Part shown: positions 9,059 through 15,794 of the stretch, in pieces | Layout of the letters: each line of letters begins with the position of its first letter | Numbering within the stretch: position 1 is the stretch's first letter | From: Candidatus Baldrarchaeota archaeon | Lineage (GTDB): Archaea; Asgardarchaeota; Baldrarchaeia; Baldrarchaeales; DXJG01 | Reading direction: 5' to 3' | Assembly (NCBI GenBank): GCA_019056805.1 | Contig: DXJG01000007.1 | Location: 60,001-92,000, forward strand | DNA: 32,000 nucleotides | Position numbers and translations under genes: made by a program | Notes under the pieces: generated by a model | The model's database searches: none | What the model was told of the DNA's origin: nothing | Seen by the model: the letters and a program-made list of their open reading frames with translations, nothing else

Positions 9059-10189
9059 CTGGCTAATAGCGATTCCAAATATATAACATATGAAGATTTG
9101 ATTGGAAAAGAAGGATGGGAATTGGTAAAAAGACATGGGAAAAGTCCAGTAAAACTTATTAAAATAGCCGGAAAGGAAAAGGTAAAGGAAATATTTAGGG
9201 AACTAAGCAAATTTGTAGGAACTGTGGTTATAGGAAGAATATTCGGAATTTCTCCCCGATATGTTCGTGATCTCTTTGAGAAACTTGAAATACCCCGACC
9301 AAAGGAAAGGGAAAAGAAATGGTTCGCACCCTATTCTGAAAACGTTGACAAACCTTTATATTTTGCAAATATAAAAAATCGTAGGCTTGCAATATACGGA
9401 ACAAAATTATCTCCATTGGACGCACATTTAATAGGATTAATTCATGCGGATGGAAACATAGTAACCAATAGAAGAGATTGGTACTACCGTGTCAATATTA
9501 TACAAACATCTCTGGAACGATTTCCATACATTTGTGAGTTATATTTCCGATATTTTGATGAACAAAGAATACAAAGACATCAAACTATTTATGTAGAATT
9601 TCATAAGAGTAAAGTGATAAAGGAAAGTAATAAACTTAGACGTGCCAAAGTAAACGTGGCAACAAAAACAATACATAATTATGAAGACATGAGACTAGTA
9701 CTGAATCTTGGATACAAGTTATATAAAGAAAAAAAGGCAAATAGTTATAAATTGGGTATATCAAATAGAAGATTAATTTCTCTTTCAATAAAGCGCAGAC
9801 CTTATCTGGATTACGTTTTGAAATGGATAAGTAAGGATAAAGGGCTTTTTCTCCAATGGTTTAGTGGATTTCTTGAAGGAGACGGATATATTAACTTGTA
9901 TTGGATAGAAGTCAAAAACACCGAAAAAATTTTCATTGACTATATCAAGAAACAATGGAAGAAATATGGCATAATATGGAAACCTCCATACGTTCGCAAG
10001 CCTCAATCACTTTCAAATTCTTACGGAATAGAAAGCAAGAAAATTAATTATGTAATACGTGTCTTTAATAGCAAAGATAGAATTCCCCTTCTCCAAGAAA
10101 TTTTACCTCACATAATATTTCCAGATCTTATAGCCAAAGTAAGTTCCATTTTGGAAAGAAAAACGATCAAGAAACTGAATGGTTGTTGA
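9059..10189 (+). CDS. Free-standing two-motif LAGLIDADG homing-endonuclease-like protein with N-terminal HTH-like segment
   Basis: Motifs AHLIGLIHADG and WFSGFLEGDG; HTH-like VIGRIFGISPRYVRDLF; very basic protein. The frame is open back to a CTG at 9059, 6 nt after GAGGTGA (9046-9052). The ORF track starts at TTG 9098. Confidence 0.8.
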   Translation: MANSDSKYITYEDLIGKEGWELVKRHGKSPVKLIKIAGKEKVKEIFRELSKFVGTVVIGRIFGISPRYVRDLFEKLEIPRPKEREKKWFAPYSENVDKPLYFANIKNRRLAIYGTKLSPLDAHLIGLIHADGNIVTNRRDWYYRVNIIQTSLERFPYICELYFRYFDEQRIQRHQTIYVEFHKSKVIKESNKLRRAKVNVATKTIHNYEDMRLVLNLGYKLYKEKKANSYKLGISNRRLISLSIKRRPYLDYVLKWISKDKGLFLQWFSGFLEGDGYINLYWIEVKNTEKIFIDYIKKQWKKYGIIWKPPYVRKPQSLSNSYGIESKKINYVIRVFNSKDRIPLLQEILPHIIFPDLIAKVSSILERKTIKKLNGC

Positions 10190-10446
10190 TCGTTCGAAAT
10201 TTTGTGTTTAAGGAGAGGACTAAGCATTGGATTGGAAACGTGGTCATGTTTATATTATGTGCACCTTTAGCGTATTTCCTTGGATTTGGAATTATCGGGG
10301 TAATAGCGGCATTAATCGCTAGTATGGTTGAACACATTGAAAAAATAGGTGGTAAATTTATAGATGACAATATAACGGTTCCAATAAGTAGTTTCATAGT
10401 GTTAAGCATTTTTACATTGATGGGTGTTCCATATATATCGCTATGA
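10183..10446 (+). pseudogene. 5'-truncated dolichol/polyprenol kinase (CTP_transf_1/SEC59-like); C-terminal part only
   Basis: IVRNFVFKERTKHWIGNVVM...IASMVEH...IDDNITVP is the C-terminal signature of the family. The in-frame upstream sequence (stop at 10078-10080) is not kinase-like. Confidence 0.7.
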
Positions 10447-10458
10447 TCAAATTGGGGG

Positions 10459-10481
10459 AAACCGTGATTAAATCACGGTTT
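10459..10481. repeat. Perfect 11-bp inverted repeat with 1-nt spacer (AAACCGTGATT-A-AATCACGGTTT) between convergent genes; possible bidirectional terminator
   Basis: Read directly; it overlaps the stop codon of the 10473-11762 gene. Confidence 0.8.
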
Positions 10482-11762
10482 TCCTACTAGTTTCAGGAAT
10501 CCCTTTGTCCCATCTGCTTTATCTACAGCACTCATATGTTGGATAGCTCTTATGGCATATACTAAGGCTGTAAGAGATGAATGTGCCAGCATTGCGTATA
10601 AGGCATATAATGGTGTCTGTAGCCAAGGTAGCCAAGAGAATATGATCATGTATAGGACATATACGTTTCTTCTTCCATCTATTCTAGCGAAAGCTCTGTC
10701 GAATCTCGTATATGCTGTTAGAGCTTTTCCCATTGTTTGTCTAAATTGCATGTAACAATGTCTAACGAAGCTGTCCATGATAAGCATGGATAAGCCTAAT
10801 ATGAGGGGCAGATAGCCATATCCTAGTAGGTATAGGCTTATGGCGAAGCATACATACCATACTTGTTCATATAGCATATCGAATGTGTGTTCAATATATC
10901 CCAGTTTTGTTAATATTCCTCTTGCTCTAGCTAATTTCCCGTCTAGTCCATCTATTATTCCAACCACGTAAGCTAGGATCACTGCTATTTTCAAATATCC
11001 TAGTAAAAACAATGCCGCTACGAAAAACGCTGCTAAGTTTGCAAAGATCGTTATTCTGTTTGGAGTAATCCATGAGATATCCGCTATATGGTATACAAGG
11101 TGGTCTTCTATTGGCTTATTTATGTAAGATGTGAAGTGAAGACCTTTTTGAGTTCTGAAAATCAACTTTTTCTTAGCAAGTTTAATAGATTTCTTATCTT
11201 CTATTTTAACACATAATGGGAGAACTTTGCGTTTTAATTCTACGTGTTCCGTTTGTATCTTAGAAACATCAAGCTTAATCACATTTAGCGATTTTTCCAT
11301 GATTTCTACTAGTTTGTCTAAGCTTTTCCTCGCTTCTTCATTCTCCAATATGTTTAGAGATTCTTTACTTATTTTGCATACTCCTACAAAATCGTCATTT
11401 GAATAACAGACAACATTTCCATGTATTTTTACAATTTCATTTGCAAATTCAGCGTCCATAACGATGTTTGATCGAATTATCAGCAAATCATCATTTAAAA
11501 ATTCTTGTGGAAGATTAGGGATCTCATATTCTTCTGTTTGAATATAAGAAATTTTCATGTTAATTTCTTCACCGTTTTTAAGTAAATTTGATATCTGTTC
11601 CCCTTCGAACCCTAATACAATAAGAACCTCTTTAATTCCTGCAACTCTAAGTGAATTTAAAATCCTTGCTATTAATGAAACACCACATACCCTTATTAAA
11701 GCAAGAGGCCTATCCTTGTCAAATATATAGTCCCTATGCATGGCTAGTATAACTGCTTTCAT
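10473..11762 (-). CDS. Nucleotidyltransferase-like plus CDP-alcohol phosphatidyltransferase fusion (IPCT/DIPPS-like architecture)
   Basis: N-terminal MKAVILA...RPLALIRVCGVSLI...GIKEVLIVLG; C-terminal TPNRIT and DGLDGKLARARG...G...EHTFD. Confidence 0.8.
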   Translation of the reverse strand: MKAVILAMHRDYIFDKDRPLALIRVCGVSLIARILNSLRVAGIKEVLIVLGFEGEQISNLLKNGEEINMKISYIQTEEYEIPNLPQEFLNDDLLIIRSNIVMDAEFANEIVKIHGNVVCYSNDDFVGVCKISKESLNILENEEARKSLDKLVEIMEKSLNVIKLDVSKIQTEHVELKRKVLPLCVKIEDKKSIKLAKKKLIFRTQKGLHFTSYINKPIEDHLVYHIADISWITPNRITIFANLAAFFVAALFLLGYLKIAVILAYVVGIIDGLDGKLARARGILTKLGYIEHTFDMLYEQVWYVCFAISLYLLGYGYLPLILGLSMLIMDSFVRHCYMQFRQTMGKALTAYTRFDRAFARIDGRRNVYVLYMIIFSWLPWLQTPLYALYAMLAHSSLTALVYAIRAIQHMSAVDKADGTKGFLKLVGKP

Positions 11763-11992
11763 CCCTCATCACCAAACATGAAATTACAAAACAAGTGAGT
11801 AAGAACACTTACTTAAGATCCCCCATATAAGTATTTTTGTTCCTTACCTCATTCTAAAACCTTAAAAATCCTCCTCACACCAAGAACAGCATAAAAAATT
11901 ATTTTAATAAAAAATTAAGACAGCAAATTTAAGAAAAACAAAAGAACTATTAAGGAAATTAGAGCGAGGATTAGTGGGGGGGGAAGCCATAC

Positions 11993-13518
11993 ATGTTTCG
12001 TAGAATCACTATAACTTTGCTTATTGTAATGCTATTATTTCTAAGTGTATCTCCGCTTACCGGTTATTGTTCGAGTGCAGATAGAAATGTTTGGGCACGT
12101 GAAATGCCTTTTTGGAAAACAATGGAACCTAGACTAAAAAATACGAAGAAACAAGTAATTATACTTGGAAAATCCACCCATTAGACCTAGAATACCTTAA
12201 TAAATTAGAGTTAAACTCAACGGTATACGTAGAAATTTACACCTTAAATCCCGTGGAAACCACAATCCGCTCCAATAAACTAAGCGAAAAAGACCTAACA
12301 ACCACGTACTACGTTTATCAAGCAAAGGAAGAACATGTAAGGACGCTTGAGAAAATACCCCACACATACTTCTACAAAAGCATATTTCAACCATGCATAT
12401 GCATGAAAACCCAGAAAAAACACATCACCAACATAGCTACACTACCCTTCGTATACTGCATCAGAGTTATTCCACCGGCAAAAGTATGTGATGTAAAAGT
12501 GAGTGAAGCTAGGGAAATAGATGATATAGCTTATGTTCAGCAAAATGAGGATAGCAGCGTTGATAGTTGGATCGACATAGCTGTAATCGACACTGGATAC
12601 GACTACTATGAAGATGATTTAACTCCCACGATCCGTGAAGCAGAAGATAACATAGAATACACACATGATTTCACAGATGGAGATAGTGATGTCACTGATG
12701 GTGATAATCACCACGGTACTACAGTGTTAGACATATTAGCTAGAGCTTTAGGAGACACAGGTGACGACGATTGGACGTACGAAGACCCAAAAATATATTA
12801 TGTTCTCAAGGCTGGAGAAGGTGATACCATCGATCAAACTGCTGCTAGAAGAGCAATGGAATGGTGTCTCCAAAATGCGGTGGAAATTATTTGCATAAGC
12901 TGGGCTATCGAAGGGAGTGAGGACAGCGATAGATGCGATGGTTATTGGTGTGGTTTGTTTAAGAATGGCGCTGAAGCAGGTAAGTTCTGGGTAGGTGCCG
13001 CAGGAAACGAATATAAAACCGATGCAGTTGGATACCCAGCAAAAAGCTTCTACGTGATAGCAGTTGGAGGATACGACGAGGTAGACTACTCAAACAAAAT
13101 AGTTCACCGCGCAGACTTCTCAAACCACGGATGGATAAAGTATGAGTGGACAGTTTGGTGGTTCTGGAAAGGTGAGTGTGAGGTTTGTAATGAGGCGGAA
13201 TCCATATATAGTAATGGAGATCACAAAGAGTTTAAGCCTCAAATATATGATGCTGGAGTTATACTGCCTCCTCCTCTAAGTCCTCCAGACTTCAGTAGAA
13301 AAGATTTTGTTGAGGGGACAAGCTACACAGTACCGCTTGTCGCCGCAGCTATAGCCATCGGTGCTCTAAGTTCATATATAGATTATAATTTTCCAACACT
13401 TCGCATAGTTCTTTCCGACTGCCATGAGTGGAATGTTGCATCCCCCTGGGCTTCAGCTCAATGGGGAGATGTGGTTGACGCCCACACCCTATGGCATGGA
13501 CACCACGTATCTGAATAA
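11993..13518 (+). CDS. Secreted subtilisin-like S8 serine peptidase, split by a -1 frameshift near 12136-12142 (about 508 aa if joined)
   Basis: ORF 11993-12184 carries a signal-peptide-like N-terminus. The -1 frame is open from 12133 to 13518 with triad motifs AVIDTG, HHGT and GTSYTVP, plus oxyanion AAGN. Confidence 0.85.
12136..12167 (+). promoter_or_regulatory. Candidate -1 frameshift signal: A-AAA-AAT heptamer, 9-nt spacer, CAAGTA-atta-TACTTG hairpin
   Basis: The heptamer is phased correctly in the upstream ORF (cta aaa aat). Hairpin at 12152-12167. Confidence 0.45.
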
Positions 13519-13520
13519 CC
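13471..13520 (+). repeat. 50-nt direct repeat, copy 1 (3' end of the subtilase including its stop)
   Basis: Identical to 14402-14451. Confidence 0.97.
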
Positions 13521-13564
13521 TATTTCACCCATTTTATTTTATGGAAATTTGTGGGGGATACGTA

Positions 13565-14359
13565 ATGATTGGTAAATTTGTAATGTTTATTAAGCCGACT
13601 AGGTTGAAAATTGTAGTTACAGCTGTAATTGCTTTGGTTGCGTCTCTTCTTTTTTGTGGATATTATACTCATAGTATACCTGAGGTTGAAACTATTTGGG
13701 TAAGTCCTCTCCTATTTCCAACAATTAAATTTTACAAGATTCCGGAAAGAATTGAGTGGGAGGAGCCTGAAAACATTCCTATTCCCCTGCCCTCCTGGGT
13801 GAAACATTTCATAGTAAATTTCAAAATAACTCTGCTTCCTCCTAGTTTCCCCAGATATTGGCTTCCATTTTACTGGCTGTTTCAAAAAGTCCCAAAACTC
13901 TTTGTTCTATTATTTTTCACAAACCTCCCCTACTGGTACTTCATGGCTTGCATATTAGAGCCGTTTCTAAGTCGTTTTTTGAAGCCACTTGAAGCTAAGC
14001 TTAAACCTGAGGGCCCAGTTACTAAGGCTCGGTTGGTTACCTTTGCGTCAATATTTCACTTGCTTGGCGGAATTTTCATCCTCTTCCATATAATTGTTAC
14101 CGATGCTCATAAAATAGTTCCATTCGATTTTTATATGGTTCCGCTTTCTATGCTTTTTATTGTGAATTTTTTGGCTGCAATCTTCATGTGGTATTGTTTA
14201 AAACACAAAGGTAAATTATCGATTTTAGTTTTTACCGCAGCGTTTTTCATGCTCGGCTTACCATGGGAATATTCCATGCCGTTTGTGAGAGTTAGCACTG
14301 TAATCAGCATGATACCACTAATCCTCCTCACAATAAACCGCCTGTATTATAAGAAGTAA
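13565..14359 (+). CDS. Multi-pass membrane protein of unknown function, paralog 1
   Basis: ATG 13565 follows GGGGGA and aligns with the paralog start (MIGKFVMFIKPTR / MISRFVMFIKPTR). Several hydrophobic segments. The longer track ORF overlaps the subtilase. Confidence 0.8.
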   Translation: MIGKFVMFIKPTRLKIVVTAVIALVASLLFCGYYTHSIPEVETIWVSPLLFPTIKFYKIPERIEWEEPENIPIPLPSWVKHFIVNFKITLLPPSFPRYWLPFYWLFQKVPKLFVLLFFTNLPYWYFMACILEPFLSRFLKPLEAKLKPEGPVTKARLVTFASIFHLLGGIFILFHIIVTDAHKIVPFDFYMVPLSMLFIVNFLAAIFMWYCLKHKGKLSILVFTAAFFMLGLPWEYSMPFVRVSTVISMIPLILLTINRLYYKK

Positions 14360-14374
14360 GGGTGGATTATAGTT

Positions 14375-14451
14375 CCCTATGCTTCAAGCCAGTGGGGGCA
14401 CGTGGTTGACGCCCACACCCTATGGCATGGACACCACGTATCTGAATAACC
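14375..14451 (+). pseudogene. Orphan subtilase C-terminal tail, containing copy 2 of the 50-nt repeat (14402-14451)
   Basis: Reads PYASSQWGHVVDAHTLWHGHHVSE* versus PWASAQWGDVVDAHTLWHGHHVSE* in the full gene. Confidence 0.85.
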
Positions 14452-14496
14452 CTATTCATTTATTTTATTTAAATGAGAATTAATGAGGGTTATACA

Positions 14497-15384
14497 ATGA
14501 TTAGTAGATTTGTAATGTTTATTAAGCCAACCAGAATAAAAATTACAACTACAATTATAATTGTATCAATAGCATCATTTTTCTTCTGCGGAATCTATAA
14601 ACCTCCTCAGGTAGCCATAATACCTGGACTTCTAGTTATTTGGATAAGTCCTCTCTTATTCCCGGCAGCTCTGTTATATAATTTTCCAACACTTATAAGA
14701 GTGGAGGACGGGGTTCCAAAGAACATTTCCATTCTTTTACCGTCTTGGATGGTGGAACGTTTTGATATACGCTTTGAGATATCTATTTTCCCCTCAAAAA
14801 ATACAAGATGGAGCGGAATATACCTATTTCTGTTTCAAGGAGCCCCAAAACTCTTTGTTCTATTATTTTTCACAAATCTCCCCTACTGGTACTTCATGGC
14901 CTGCATATTAGAACCGGTTGTGAGGCCTTTTCTGAAGTCACTTGAAGCTAAACTTCAATCTGAGGTTCCAGTTTTCAGGTCTCGACCAATTACATTTGCA
15001 GCAATACTTCATCTACTTGGTGGAATTCTTATGTTTCTTTACATAGTTATTACTGATGCTTACGCTATACTTCCTGATTTCTTCCGTATTTACAAAACAG
15101 TTCACAAAATATGTTACCTCATCTTCATACTAGTTTTTTCAATACTTTTCGTGGTGAACTTTGTTGCTGCGATTTTTCTATGGCGTTGTTTAAAGCATGG
15201 AAATAAACTAACAATTCTAGTTTTTGTCTCAGCACTTTACATTCTTCTGCCATGGGTGTATCCCATGGTGATTGCAAGGATAAGTGCAGCAGTCAGCATA
15301 ATTCCACTAATTCTCATAATAATAAACCGCTTTTACCATAAAAAAGTAAGAGTGAATTGTAGTTCCACTTACCCTTATAGTTGA
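14497..15384 (+). CDS. Multi-pass membrane protein of unknown function, paralog 2
   Basis: ATG 14497 follows GAGGG. Shares the identical peptide PKLFVLLFFTNLPYWYFMACILEP with paralog 1. Confidence 0.8.
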   Translation: MISRFVMFIKPTRIKITTTIIIVSIASFFFCGIYKPPQVAIIPGLLVIWISPLLFPAALLYNFPTLIRVEDGVPKNISILLPSWMVERFDIRFEISIFPSKNTRWSGIYLFLFQGAPKLFVLLFFTNLPYWYFMACILEPVVRPFLKSLEAKLQSEVPVFRSRPITFAAILHLLGGILMFLYIVITDAYAILPDFFRIYKTVHKICYLIFILVFSILFVVNFVAAIFLWRCLKHGNKLTILVFVSALYILLPWVYPMVIARISAAVSIIPLILIIINRFYHKKVRVNCSSTYPYS

Positions 15385-15794
15385 AAATCAAAATGTCAAG
15401 AAATAATTGAGGAGATGTAGAGATAAAATATCGATGATGTGTAATCAGTAAAAGCTTAACTTGCGATCAGAATACTTGTTAAATAGTTTTCAGACATATG
15501 AGAAGACTTTTGGGTTAATATGCAGTAGGTTAAGAATTTTGGGTTCAAAAGGTATTCTTAGGTTTAAGATAGTGGAATATAAGGTTACACTTAGCTACGG
15601 TCCTTGTTACGAGCTTCAAGTCGAGGAACCCGTTGACAAATTTAATTACAAAGTTTTGTTTGTCTAAAAGCTGAAAAGTATCTTAATATGGAAGGGGGAG
15701 AATAAATGTAGAGAACACATTTTAAATGAAAAACTAGTAAATTTGTGTATGGATACCAAAAATATATCATCGAGAGAGGAACTATAACTTATAA

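Noticed and set aside
9059-10189. LAGLIDADG ORF as part of an rRNA/tRNA intron or an intein
   Set aside because: No rRNA or tRNA sequence, no recognisable 5' exon, and no Cys/Ser...His-Asn splice motifs in the flanks.
13424-13564. 47-aa N-terminal extension of membrane paralog 1 in the ORF track
   Set aside because: Overlaps the subtilase 3' end in another frame; alignment with paralog 2 and the ribosome-binding site favour ATG 13565.
13471-14451. 50-nt direct repeats as a CRISPR array or IS ends
   Set aside because: Only two copies, 931 nt apart, protein-coding in origin, with no cas or transposase gene.
15461-15667. 68-aa TTG-start ORF with a faint winged-helix feel
   Set aside because: No ribosome-binding site or recognisable motif; it may be a remnant but is not supportable without a search.
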